Virus record (IMG/VR): IMGVR_UViG_3300025467_000526
Coordinates: 64,001 to 120,433 of that record
Origin: a virus
Lineage: Duplodnaviria > Heunggongvirae > Uroviricota > Caudoviricetes
DNA length: 56,433 nt
Reading direction: 5' to 3' (one strand)
The position numbers and the translations under genes were made by a program. Each line of letters opens with the position of its first letter. Position 1 is the stretch's first letter. Below the pieces are notes generated by a model. The model was not told where the DNA came from. It saw only the letters and a list, made by a program, of their open reading frames with translations, and searched no databases. Below, one piece after another: positions 1-8,870 of this stretch.

Positions 1-1092
1 CGTGTAAGTGCAACAACCAATATTCCTAACGATACATTATTATACACACTGACTGGCGGAAGTTTACCTCCAGGACTAACTTTGACACTAGATGGTGAAA
101 TTGTAGGAATTCCTAATCAATATTATAATTCTACTACAGGCCAATTAGGTTTAACTACGTTCGACGGCGGATTGACTACATTTGATTTCAAAGAAACAAC
201 AAGCGATTTAACATATAATTTTACAGTGACCGTTAGCGATCAGTATGAATATAGTGCATTACCTCAAACATTTACTATAACATTGAGTGCTCCTAATAGT
301 GTTCCTTACAGTAATATTACTTGCCAACCTTTCTTGGCACCCGCACAACGAAGTGTATGGAAGGCATTTATTAATAATCCTACAATTTTTATACCTAGTG
401 ATATCTATCGAATCAATGATCCTAATTTTGGAATACAAAGCAACTTAAACATGTTAGTTTATGCAGGTATTCAAACAGAGGTAGCCGGTGCGTATGTAGG
501 TGCCATAGGACTAGGATTCAAACGTAAACAATTTAAATTTGGTAGTTTAAAAACTGCCATTGCTACTGATCCTATTACTAATGAAACTGTATATGAAGTA
601 GTTTATGTGCAGATGATTGATCCAAGAGAATCAAATGGAAATCACTTACCTCTAAATTTCAAGACTACCAGTTTAGAACCTAATGTTATAACTGTAGACG
701 AAAGCATAATAAATGCTAAACCTTTATACAATATAACTGTAGATAGTAAAGGATATTTGGTAAGTAATCCAAATACTGACGAATATTACCCAAACAGTAT
801 CACTAATTGGCAAACTAGATTGAGCGGAGTGGGCCTAACTGAACGTAATTATTTGCCGCTATGGATGCGTAGTATTCCGTTAGGGCAAAAAGCTCAACTA
901 GGATATGTGTTATGTGTACCACTTTGCTTCTGTAAGCCTGGAACTAGTAACGACATACTTTTAAATATTGAACACAGTGGGTTCAATTTTAACACAATAG
1001 ATTATACCGTAGACAGATTCATCATCTCTGCTGTCACCGGTTACGCAAGCGATAAATACCTTGTATTCAGAAACGATAGGATAACCGTATGA
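1..1092 (+). CDS. Virion structural protein, baseplate-wedge-like (5' truncated by window)
   Basis: Frame is open from base 1 (RVSATTN...GSLPPGLTLTLDGEIVG, an Ig-like He_PIG-type motif); C-terminal NYLPLWMRS / LGYVLCVPLCFCKPG / DYTVDRFII resembles jumbo-myovirus baseplate proteins. Confidence 0.6.
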   Translation, partial: RVSATTNIPNDTLLYTLTGGSLPPGLTLTLDGEIVGIPNQYYNSTTGQLGLTTFDGGLTTFDFKETTSDLTYNFTVTVSDQYEYSALPQTFTITLSAPNSVPYSNITCQPFLAPAQRSVWKAFINNPTIFIPSDIYRINDPNFGIQSNLNMLVYAGIQTEVAGAYVGAIGLGFKRKQFKFGSLKTAIATDPITNETVYEVVYVQMIDPRESNGNHLPLNFKTTSLEPNVITVDESIINAKPLYNITVDSKGYLVSNPNTDEYYPNSITNWQTRLSGVGLTERNYLPLWMRSIPLGQKAQLGYVLCVPLCFCKPGTSNDILLNIEHSGFNFNTIDYTVDRFIISAVTGYASDKYLVFRNDRITV

Positions 1093-2753
1093 CCAGTGCA
1101 ATTAACCCAAACACCATTTCGACAACTTTTCCCATAGAAGGACAAGATAATCCTAGCCAAGGATTTCGTACTAATTTTGCCGCGATTGCTGGTAATTTTA
1201 CAACTGCTTATAACGAAATAACAGATTTACAATCTAAAGCGTTAGTTTCTACACAACTAGGAACAGGAGTTAGTACACCCGCAGTTAATAATTTGCTGGG
1301 TGCTACTATTAGCAATGGTTTATATCAATTGTTTTCTGGAACTTATTATAGTGCCACTAATGTTAGCGGTGCTGTAAATATTGATCTAAGTCAAGGTGCT
1401 GTACAAAAATTTATTCTATCAGGTAATACTACATTTACATTTAGTTTAACTGGCGGTACAACAGGATTTCCAACTTATCCAGGTACAACAGGATTATATT
1501 CAAGTGCTATTATTTTAATACAAAGCACTGGAACTGCTGTATGTTCTCCTACATTTGCAACAACAGCAGGAACTATTTCTTACGATAATAATTTTCCAAT
1601 CAGTCCAAGTACAGGCACTTCTGGATTTGTAGTAGGTGGTGAAGGTGTTTCTTCTATTGTGGTATCTAATGCAGGATCGGGTTATACTAGCCCTGCTACT
1701 ATTTCTTTTACCGGTGGTAGTCCAATTACTAATGCTATTACACCAGTAGCAAGTGCAACTTATACTATTGTCAATGCTGGAACTTCATCCCTTACTCCAT
1801 TAACTAACAATACAACATTTGCAACATCAGTTGCTGTAACTGCAACTAGTGGAACAGGTTCTACTGTTACATTAACTTTTGCTCAAAACACACAGGCAAG
1901 TGGTATTACGCCATACACTATTGGTCAAACTATTGTTGTTTCAGGATTAGTTCCTGCTGGTTACAACGGAGTTTGGACTGTTACTGGTGGTAGTGCTACC
2001 ACAGTAACTTATAATTGTACAGCTACTGGTAATATGACTAGCAGTGCTGGTGCAGGAATTATTCAAGGTGGCATTGGCGGTAAAGGATATGCACTTGGCG
2101 ATCTTGTACAAATTGCAGGAGTTTCTAATACTACTTTTGCTGTGGCATCAATCGCAAATACATTTGTAGGAACTGTTAGTAATTCTTCATCTTCTATGAC
2201 TGTTTATGATTTTACTAATATTGCATCTGGAATGTCTATAACTACAACTACTGCTGGATTGATTCCAGCTGGTACATACATTGGAACTGTTACTCCTGGA
2301 TTTCCAGGATCTATTACACTAGTAGCCAGCAATGGTTCAACTCCTGTAGTGACCACCGGAGCAGGAACTGCTATATTCACATATAATCCTGCAAGTGGAA
2401 CTACTGTTGGCCCAATCGCAACATTAACCAGTTTCCCACAAGGAACACTTACAAGTCCTATTTCGTTAACTACATCATTGCGTAATATTATTACAGTTAG
2501 TGGTGGTGGAAGCGGAGCACGTTTAGCAGTTAGTTGCGGTATTGGTGCTATTAATGTTACTACTCCTGGTAAAGGTTATACATCGACAGCACCAACTGTT
2601 GTTATATCAAGCAACGGTAATCATACTGGTACTGACAATGCGGCAGGTACTGCTACATTAACCAGTGGCACAAGTCTTCAAACTACAAAAATACTAGCAT
2701 GGACTGTTAATAACGGCAGTAATGTTTATTTAAGATACGAAGGTCAATTCTAA
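1089..2753 (+). CDS. Virion structural / tail-fibre-like protein, Thr-Gly-Ser rich
   Basis: N-terminal FPIEGQDNPSQGFRTNF..EITDLQ coiled-coil head; beta-rich repeats such as SIVVSNAGSGYTSP and AINVTTPGKGYTSTAP; ATGA overlap with upstream gene. Confidence 0.65.
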   Translation: MTSAINPNTISTTFPIEGQDNPSQGFRTNFAAIAGNFTTAYNEITDLQSKALVSTQLGTGVSTPAVNNLLGATISNGLYQLFSGTYYSATNVSGAVNIDLSQGAVQKFILSGNTTFTFSLTGGTTGFPTYPGTTGLYSSAIILIQSTGTAVCSPTFATTAGTISYDNNFPISPSTGTSGFVVGGEGVSSIVVSNAGSGYTSPATISFTGGSPITNAITPVASATYTIVNAGTSSLTPLTNNTTFATSVAVTATSGTGSTVTLTFAQNTQASGITPYTIGQTIVVSGLVPAGYNGVWTVTGGSATTVTYNCTATGNMTSSAGAGIIQGGIGGKGYALGDLVQIAGVSNTTFAVASIANTFVGTVSNSSSSMTVYDFTNIASGMSITTTTAGLIPAGTYIGTVTPGFPGSITLVASNGSTPVVTTGAGTAIFTYNPASGTTVGPIATLTSFPQGTLTSPISLTTSLRNIITVSGGGSGARLAVSCGIGAINVTTPGKGYTSTAPTVVISSNGNHTGTDNAAGTATLTSGTSLQTTKILAWTVNNGSNVYLRYEGQF

Positions 2754-2983
2754 TGCATCCATTAGTTGGCGATTTAAAAGATTTAAAAGATTCTGAAATT
2801 GACAGTAAGATTAATGATCTTACTCAAAAATACTTTATGACTAGAAACCCTGGACTGCAAGCTCAAATGGTTGCTGTTTTGGAAACTTATAAAGAAGAAC
2901 AGCGAAAAAGACAAAAATTGGCTTTAGAAAAAATGATGGCCAATCGCGATAAAACACTTGACAAACTAGTCAAGGTCAGTTAA
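2753..2983 (+). CDS. Hypothetical helical protein (76 aa)
   Basis: TAATG-coupled ORF, amphipathic helices. Confidence 0.65.
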   Translation: MHPLVGDLKDLKDSEIDSKINDLTQKYFMTRNPGLQAQMVAVLETYKEEQRKRQKLALEKMMANRDKTLDKLVKVS

Positions 2984-2993
2984 AGTATAGGCT

Positions 2994-3503
2994 ATGCGCC
3001 TAGATAAATTCGGTAATCCTATTTTTAATTCACAAGATATATTCAAATTCCTTTATCAAGGAAAACTTACCAACCTCAAAGATATCACAGTAGACTATAC
3101 TGAAGAAATTGGAGAGTTGGAACAAACTGCTGGATTTACATTCCAAAGATTTAACGAACAGCTTGAATCTATCGATATTGCAGATTTCGATAGTGCATTA
3201 CAAAGTGACTGGTTCATGCCTCCCGAATATAGAGATTTCAATGTAGAAGAATGGTGTCTTGCCAAATGTACCACTCAGCAACAAAAAGACAGAGTGTTAG
3301 ATGAAATGAATGCTTACAACGAAAGAGGCATGTTACCGTTACTGCAATGGACTAAACATTTTGTGGACACTTGTAACGAAAATGGTATAGTTTGGGGTGT
3401 AGGACGAGGTTCTAGTGTAGCCAGTTTTGTACTGTATTTGCTAGGTGTACATCAAATAGATTCGGTCAAATATAATTTAGACTGGCAGGAATTCCTGAGA
3501 TAA
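2994..3503 (+). CDS. DNA polymerase III alpha (DnaE/PolC)-like N-terminal palm fragment
   Basis: VWGVGRGSSVASFVLYLLGVHQIDSVKYNLDWQEFLR matches the DnaE GxGRGS.AGSLV.Y.LGIT.IDP..Y.L.FERFL motif; ORF ends before PDIDxD. Confidence 0.8.
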   Translation: MRLDKFGNPIFNSQDIFKFLYQGKLTNLKDITVDYTEEIGELEQTAGFTFQRFNEQLESIDIADFDSALQSDWFMPPEYRDFNVEEWCLAKCTTQQQKDRVLDEMNAYNERGMLPLLQWTKHFVDTCNENGIVWGVGRGSSVASFVLYLLGVHQIDSVKYNLDWQEFLR

Positions 3504-3506
3504 GTA
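3501..3506 (+). promoter_or_regulatory. Putative late promoter (TAAGTA)
   Basis: TAA[A/G/T]TA box recurring at operon starts, followed by SD AAGGAG and ATG 3531. Confidence 0.5.
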
Positions 3507-3530
3507 GTAGTATATTAAGGAGAGTTAAAA

Positions 3531-3830
3531 ATGGCTCAAAAACAAATTTATAAATCAGCTCGCGGTAAAGAAGTCGATATGCTTAAACTTATGAAGCAGA
3601 ACGAAATGACTGTTGCTGTCGGCAATGCCAAAGTTAATGCTCGTGGAGATAAACTTGGAGTAAACGGAGAAATTATCAAGCGTAGAGAAGAGATCATAGC
3701 AGAAGGTGCAGGTGCTACTATTCCTAATCAAGTTAATGTTCGTCCCCAAGAAGAAAAAATTGTGCCAGCAGTGACAACAATTCCTACCAAAAAAGACATT
3801 AAAAATCAAGATCCGGAAGGGAACGAATAA
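3531..3830 (+). CDS. Conserved hypothetical protein (99 aa)
   Basis: Strong SD, TAATG coupling to next gene. Confidence 0.75.
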   Translation: MAQKQIYKSARGKEVDMLKLMKQNEMTVAVGNAKVNARGDKLGVNGEIIKRREEIIAEGAGATIPNQVNVRPQEEKIVPAVTTIPTKKDIKNQDPEGNE

Positions 3831-4264
3831 TGGATTTAAAAGGTATTGGTCACGAAGGTATTAAACCTAAAGTACGAGGCAAACTTATCCCGATACGTAA
3901 CAATGTTCTTGTTACTGATATGGATTTTGGAGAAAGAAAACTGGGTATGTTTATTTTACCTAGCGATGATGGCAAAGCCGAGGGTGTACGTCATCGTTGG
4001 TGTCGAGTTTGGGCAGTAGGCCCTGAACAAAAAGATGTCAAAGTCGGAGAATGGATCTTATTAGAACATGGTCGTTGGACTCGTGGTGTTACTGTTGTAG
4101 AAGATGACGGTACTGAAATCATCATTCGTCGTGCTGACGTAAACGCCATTCTAATGGTAAGTGATGATAAACCGGAAGAAAAATACCTAAATACATATGG
4201 CGCACACTCTAAAGTGCAACATCAAGAATGGGATCCCGCCCAGTTTGCCGGACCTCAATTTTAA
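3830..4264 (+). CDS. GroES-like co-chaperonin (Cpn10)
   Basis: LIPIRNNVLV, mobile loop GMFILP, RVWAVGPEQKDVKVGEWIL. Confidence 0.75.
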   Translation: MDLKGIGHEGIKPKVRGKLIPIRNNVLVTDMDFGERKLGMFILPSDDGKAEGVRHRWCRVWAVGPEQKDVKVGEWILLEHGRWTRGVTVVEDDGTEIIIRRADVNAILMVSDDKPEEKYLNTYGAHSKVQHQEWDPAQFAGPQF

Positions 4265-4285
4265 AATTAATTTTACCAAACTACT

Positions 4286-4312
4286 ACAGGACTCTAGACA
4301 AGTCCTGTTTTT
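4286..4312 (+). terminator. Intrinsic terminator overlapping the next promoter
   Basis: ACAGGAC-9nt-GTCCTGT followed by TTTT. Confidence 0.65.
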
Positions 4313-4323
4313 ACCTGTACAAT
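4295..4323 (+). promoter_or_regulatory. Sigma70-type promoter of clamp loader
   Basis: TAGACA-17 nt-TACAAT. Confidence 0.7.
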
Positions 4324-4343
4324 AAGCAAAACAAAGGAATCTT

Positions 4344-5261
4344 ATGAAAGAACTATGGGTAGAAAAATATCGTCCTAAAACAATCGATGGATATGTTTTT
4401 AGAGATACACATCAAAGAGAACAAATTGAAAGCTGGATTAAACAAGGAAGTATCCCTCATCTGTTATTCAGCGGTAATGCAGGAATTGGTAAAACTACCT
4501 TAGCTAAGATTCTACTAAATGAGTTAGAAGTAAATGATTTAGATGTATTAGAAATTAATGCAAGCCGTACCAACTCAGTTGAGGATGTACGTGATAAAAT
4601 TGTAAGTTTTGTCCAAATGATTCCGTTTGGCGACTTTAAGGTGGTGTTGTTAGATGAAGCAGATTATTTGTCTCCAAATGCTCAAGCGGCATTGCGTGGA
4701 GTTATGGAAGAGTATCACACTACTGCACGTTTTGTTCTTACTTGTAACTATCCTAATCGTATTATTCCTGCCTTACATAGTAGATGTCAAGGATTCCATA
4801 TTGAAAGGGTGGACATTACAGAGTTTACTGCTCGTGTTGCTACTATCCTAGTAGAAGAAAATGTCGATTTTGATTTAGATACACTAGATTCTTTTGTCAA
4901 AGGAACTTATCCAGATTTGCGTAAATGTATTAATACTGTACAGATGAATAGTATGGAAGGTAAATTGCATACACCCGAAAAGGCAGATACAGGGCAAGCT
5001 GATTATAAAATTCAAATGGTTGATTTATTTAAAGCAGGAAAGATTAGCGAAGCAAGAAAACTAGTATGTAGTCAAGCACGACCAGAAGAGATGGAAGAAA
5101 TTTACAGATGGTTGTATGACAATGTCGAGATATTCGGCGACGATGCTACACAAGAAAAAGCTATACTACGAATAAAACAAGGTTTAGCCGACAACACTCT
5201 TGTGAGTGATCCCGAAATAAACCTTGCCGCAACGTTAATTCATTTGAGTCATTTGGTGTAA
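4344..5261 (+). CDS. Clamp loader AAA+ subunit (RFC small / T4 gp44-like)
   Basis: WVEKYRP, Walker A GNAGIGKTT, INAS, Walker B VLLDEAD, SRC motif. Confidence 0.93.
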   Translation: MKELWVEKYRPKTIDGYVFRDTHQREQIESWIKQGSIPHLLFSGNAGIGKTTLAKILLNELEVNDLDVLEINASRTNSVEDVRDKIVSFVQMIPFGDFKVVLLDEADYLSPNAQAALRGVMEEYHTTARFVLTCNYPNRIIPALHSRCQGFHIERVDITEFTARVATILVEENVDFDLDTLDSFVKGTYPDLRKCINTVQMNSMEGKLHTPEKADTGQADYKIQMVDLFKAGKISEARKLVCSQARPEEMEEIYRWLYDNVEIFGDDATQEKAILRIKQGLADNTLVSDPEINLAATLIHLSHLV

Positions 5262-5268
5262 TAATACA

Positions 5269-5988
5269 CTAATCTCCATACACAGCTAACACCTCCTTCA
5301 CTGCGTTATGGCGTTCTATGTCTCTGGCATCGAATTCTACTATATCTAAATGTTTTAGAATTGGATGCTCTTGTAATAAATTACAAAAATCCATCAAGCC
5401 ATTGTCTTTTAAACGATCGGCTTGATTTAAATCTCCTGTCACTACCATTTTACTTCCCTCGCCTAAACGAGTCAACAGCATTTTCATTTGATTTACTGTA
5501 GCATTTTGCATTTCGTCTGCTACTATATATGCGTTTTTGAATGTACGGCCACGCATATAGGCCAATGGACTTATCTCAATAACACCTTCCTCTAGCATTT
5601 TTGCTATGTCTTTTTGATGATAATAGTCCGCAAATACATCAAATATAGGTCTTGTCCACGGTGCCATTTTTTCATTTAATGTACCTGGTAAGAATCCTAG
5701 ATCTTCATCTACGGACACGGCGGGTCTTGTCACTACGATTTTGTCCACAATCCCTTCTTGCAACATCTTAATACCATGCTGAACCGCTAGCATAGTTTTA
5801 CCTGTACCGGCAGGACCGATAGCAAATACTATACTTTTAGTTTCATCTTGGAGTTTTTGGACGTATGTGGCCTGATTAGAGTTACGTGGGTAAAGACTCA
5901 CTCTCGGCTTTTTCGCGGGAAGATACTGCGGAAAATCTATAATGTTAACTTCTGATGTAAAACGCTTTTTCACTCGTTGTTTACTCAT
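5269..5988 (-). CDS. phoH: PhoH-like ATPase
   Basis: GPAGTGKT, TRPAV..DEDLGFLPG, PLAYMRGRTF, DEMQN, TRLGEGSK, GDLNQAD, RHNAV. Confidence 0.96.
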   Translation of the reverse strand: MSKQRVKKRFTSEVNIIDFPQYLPAKKPRVSLYPRNSNQATYVQKLQDETKSIVFAIGPAGTGKTMLAVQHGIKMLQEGIVDKIVVTRPAVSVDEDLGFLPGTLNEKMAPWTRPIFDVFADYYHQKDIAKMLEEGVIEISPLAYMRGRTFKNAYIVADEMQNATVNQMKMLLTRLGEGSKMVVTGDLNQADRLKDNGLMDFCNLLQEHPILKHLDIVEFDARDIERHNAVKEVLAVYGD

Positions 5989-5996
5989 TAAGTTGC

Positions 5997-6069
5997 TCCT
6001 ACTTTACTGTTAAAGTAGGACTTGTAGTGACCGCCTTTGATAACTACAGAGGTCCTACACTATTATTTA
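5997..6069 (-). promoter_or_regulatory. phoH late promoter plus structured 5' leader with alternative hairpins
   Basis: TAAATA on minus strand (6069-6064); stems 6015-6021/6052-6058 and 6023-6028/6043-6048 versus 5997-6006/6011-6020, the latter covering the AGGAG SD. Confidence 0.7.
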
Positions 6070-6116
6070 ACGTATTCCTAGAAAAGTAAACTAATACGTT
6101 ATGATTTTGAACCAGC

Positions 6117-6126
6117 TAAATAAGTA
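6117..6126 (+). promoter_or_regulatory. Putative late promoter (overlapping TAAATA/TAAGTA), divergent from phoH
   Basis: TAAATAAGTA upstream of ATG 6149. Confidence 0.5.
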
Positions 6127-6148
6127 TAGAGAATTCTAGGATCAATAC

Positions 6149-6760
6149 ATGCACCACGACATATTAGATGTTATTAAAAACATACAAGAACTATACGAAA
6201 ACAATTCTAGCCTTGCGGTTTTGAAGGACTTTGAACGTGTTTTTGAAGAGATGGACGTATACGTCTATGAAAACTGGATCGATGGTGAATTAGCATACGG
6301 CCCTAAAGTGGACCGTCATTGGATTACAGCCGGCTTTATGTGGCCTAAAGACAAGATGCCTAATCCGACTGCTGGCAAGCGTTTAATGGAATTAGGTTGT
6401 AAAGTTACATATCAAAAGAGTCATTTGCTAGAACCACGCAAAATTAAAAGTCCCCAGGACCTACGTCCAGGAAGTAAAAAAGGTAAACTAGATCGTAAAC
6501 CTATTTGGATTGTAGAAGTACAGATGCCTAAACATATTGCTTTTGAAATTTATCAAGGCTACATGTTTAAGATGAAAGGTAAAGATAAAGACCATATGTT
6601 AACTAACGATCAAGGTAGTGCGCCAGCACCAGCACCGCAAGCACCAGGTGGTGGAATGCCTCCACCAGCACCAGGCGGAGCACCGGCACCAGGAGCCGCA
6701 CCAGGAGCCGCACCAGGCGGGGTAACTCCAGGCGGAGCACCAGGCGGAGTAGCACAATGA
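6149..6760 (+). CDS. Conserved jumbo-phage protein with Pro/Gly/Ala-rich C-tail
   Basis: Globular N-domain (YENWIDGEL..GPKVDRHW, KMPNP.AGKRL..LGCKV); low-complexity tail. Confidence 0.75.
   Translation: MHHDILDVIKNIQELYENNSSLAVLKDFERVFEEMDVYVYENWIDGELAYGPKVDRHWITAGFMWPKDKMPNPTAGKRLMELGCKVTYQKSHLLEPRKIKSPQDLRPGSKKGKLDRKPIWIVEVQMPKHIAFEIYQGYMFKMKGKDKDHMLTNDQGSAPAPAPQAPGGGMPPPAPGGAPAPGAAPGAAPGGVTPGGAPGGVAQ
6622..6755 (+). repeat. Coding GC-rich degenerate repeat (APG/PGGA units)
   Basis: Repeated GCACCAGG units, e.g. GCACCAGGAGCC twice in tandem. Confidence 0.8.
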
Positions 6761-7488
6761 AATTAGATGAAAATTTGCGAGCTGGAGATCTGAGAAACTT
6801 AGTTAAAAAAGTTTTTGAAATTGACAGTTATAAAAGTAAAATCGGTGATGATGAAGATATTTGTGTATTAAGTTTTACCGTAGACACTGAGGAACCTGCT
6901 AAAGATTTAGAAAATTTCTTTGAGATGGGTTATAGCTTTGTTTTGGATTCGGATGTTACTCCAGGTGAATTAGACGATGGTAAATATCGTGTATATGTTG
7001 AAATTGAAAGATCAAGACATATTGGCGAACAAATTTTTGAATTAATTGAAGGTGTTAAAAAATTAACAGGCATGGAAGACATGCGTTTTAGATATTTCAA
7101 AAGTTTTAAAAGCGAGCCTGCTACCGTCGAAAGTTTAAGTGCAATAGTACCTAAGGATAAAAATTCTTACAAAATTGCTACTCAAGAAAACAAACTAAAT
7201 AATTTTAGTGAATTTTTTAAACGTAGTTATGCTGACAACATAGTTGTCTTAGATGAAAGTATTACATTCAAAAGAGTGTACAGTGGTGAAGTAACATTTA
7301 ATATTGTAGAAAGTGGACCTAAAGATATAATTCACAATATGATCAAAGGTCCAATTTTATTAGAAAACAAAGACATGGCAGAAGTTATGTTTTTAACTAA
7401 AGTTATTGGTAACTATAACATTGTTAAAGTTGGCAAGACATTTATATTTGAAAATACAAACTGGGCTGTAGCCCTTGAAAGGAAATAA
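6757..7488 (+). CDS. Conserved jumbo-phage protein (243 aa)
   Basis: ATGA-coupled; N-terminal LDEN motif, EIDSYKSKIGDDEDICVLSF. Confidence 0.75.
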   Translation: MKLDENLRAGDLRNLVKKVFEIDSYKSKIGDDEDICVLSFTVDTEEPAKDLENFFEMGYSFVLDSDVTPGELDDGKYRVYVEIERSRHIGEQIFELIEGVKKLTGMEDMRFRYFKSFKSEPATVESLSAIVPKDKNSYKIATQENKLNNFSEFFKRSYADNIVVLDESITFKRVYSGEVTFNIVESGPKDIIHNMIKGPILLENKDMAEVMFLTKVIGNYNIVKVGKTFIFENTNWAVALERK

Positions 7489-8123
7489 TGATGGCAGACG
7501 GATTTACATTTGATTTTAGTTTAACAAAGTGTACAGCTATACTTGGAAATAACCCATACAGCGAACATTGGTATGAAGCATTGTGCAAAGTATTGCCCGA
7601 TTACGATATCAACACACCAGAGCGTGTAGCCTGTTTCTTAGGCCAGACCATGGTAGAATCAGCAGGCTATACAGCTATTGTTGAAAATCTAAACTATCGT
7701 CCAGAAACACTTATGAAAGTGTGGCCACACTATTTTCCTACAATGGAAATAGCAAATCAATATGCTCACCAACCAGAAAAGATTGCTAATCGTGCTTATG
7801 GCGGACGTATGGGCAATGGTCCTGAAGAATCAGGAGACGGTTTTAAATATTGCGGCCGTGGACTAATTCAATTGACTGGTAAAAGCAATTACGAACGTTT
7901 TGCAGAAAGCATTGATACTCCGCTAGAAGAAGTTCCAGAATTTTTAACAACATTTGAAGGCTGTGTACAATCAGCTTGCTGGTTCTGGGAAGCAAACAAT
8001 TTAAATGCACTAGCAGATCAAATTGATGTACTTGGATTAACTAAGAAAATTAATGGCGGTACATTAGGTCTACAAGAACGTCAACAACATACTGCTAACG
8101 CACAACAAGTATTACAGGGATAA
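7488..8123 (+). CDS. Endolysin, glycoside hydrolase family 19
   Basis: ACFLGQTMVES, ENLNY, YCGRGLIQLTGKSNY, SACWFW, KKINGG. Confidence 0.92.
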   Translation: MMADGFTFDFSLTKCTAILGNNPYSEHWYEALCKVLPDYDINTPERVACFLGQTMVESAGYTAIVENLNYRPETLMKVWPHYFPTMEIANQYAHQPEKIANRAYGGRMGNGPEESGDGFKYCGRGLIQLTGKSNYERFAESIDTPLEEVPEFLTTFEGCVQSACWFWEANNLNALADQIDVLGLTKKINGGTLGLQERQQHTANAQQVLQG

Positions 8124-8124
8124 T

Positions 8125-8577
8125 ATGTGGCAATTTCAATGGATGATGAGTCTAATACCTGATGCAATATTAAACTGGATTTACTGGGCTATAATTGCAG
8201 TAGGACTTACAGGTATGGTTGCAAGTTGGATTGGAAAATTTATTCCGTTCTACGGCAAATATGTAAGAATATTAAAACCTGTTGGAATTGCACTAGTAAT
8301 TTTAGGTGTATGGTTACGCGGCGGCTACGATGTCGAGATGGCGTGGAAAGCAAAAACAGCAGATCTCGAGTCTAAAGTAGCTGTGTCTGAAAAGCAAAGT
8401 AAGGATGCCAACAATCAATTACAAGATGCATTAAAAGGAAAAACTAAAGTTATCCACAATGTACAAGTTGTTGTCAAAGAACATATTGTACACGATGCTT
8501 CGGCCATAGATGCAGAATGTAAACTTGCTCCAGAAGCAATTAAGGATCTTAATGATGCCGCAGGAGTAATCAAATGA
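8125..8577 (+). CDS. Rz-like inner-membrane spanin
   Basis: N-terminal TM segments then coiled coil; follows endolysin, precedes lipoprotein. Confidence 0.7.
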   Translation: MWQFQWMMSLIPDAILNWIYWAIIAVGLTGMVASWIGKFIPFYGKYVRILKPVGIALVILGVWLRGGYDVEMAWKAKTADLESKVAVSEKQSKDANNQLQDALKGKTKVIHNVQVVVKEHIVHDASAIDAECKLAPEAIKDLNDAAGVIK

Positions 8578-8843
8578 AAAGATTACTAATTTTATCAATT
8601 ATTGTTTTACTTGCAGGATGCAGTACAGCAGTTCCTGTTCAAAGACATTTTCCAGATGTACCTGCTGATATGAAGGTAGCGTGTCCAGATTTAAAATTAA
8701 TCGATCCAAATACAAGCAAACTAAGCGATTTAATTTTAGTAGTCAGTGATAATTACGAACAATATAAAGAATGCAAAATTAAAATAGACGCATGGATTGA
8801 ATGGTATAATACTCAGGAAAAAATATTCGATAGCGTCAAATAA
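8574..8843 (+). CDS. Rz1-like outer-membrane spanin lipoprotein
   Basis: Signal peptide with lipobox LLAG-C; Pro-rich N-part, CP..L and Y..C motifs. Confidence 0.8.
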   Translation: MKRLLILSIIVLLAGCSTAVPVQRHFPDVPADMKVACPDLKLIDPNTSKLSDLILVVSDNYEQYKECKIKIDAWIEWYNTQEKIFDSVK

Positions 8844-8846
8844 ATA
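8841..8846 (+). promoter_or_regulatory. Putative late promoter of holin gene
   Basis: TAAATA followed by SD AGGAG and ATG 8871. Confidence 0.5.
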
Positions 8847-8870
8847 GTAGTACAACAAATAGGAGCGACT

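Noticed and set aside
3486-3497. Perfect 12-bp palindrome CAGGAATTCCTG
   Set aside because: Within codons for QEFL, single occurrence, no T-run; plausibly chance
2994-3503. Decayed dnaE pseudogene
   Set aside because: No remnant of the rest of dnaE downstream, motifs intact, tight operon packing; a split gene is more likely, pending the partner search
6622-6755. GC-rich island as foreign insertion
   Set aside because: Explained by Pro/Gly/Ala codons of a low-complexity tail
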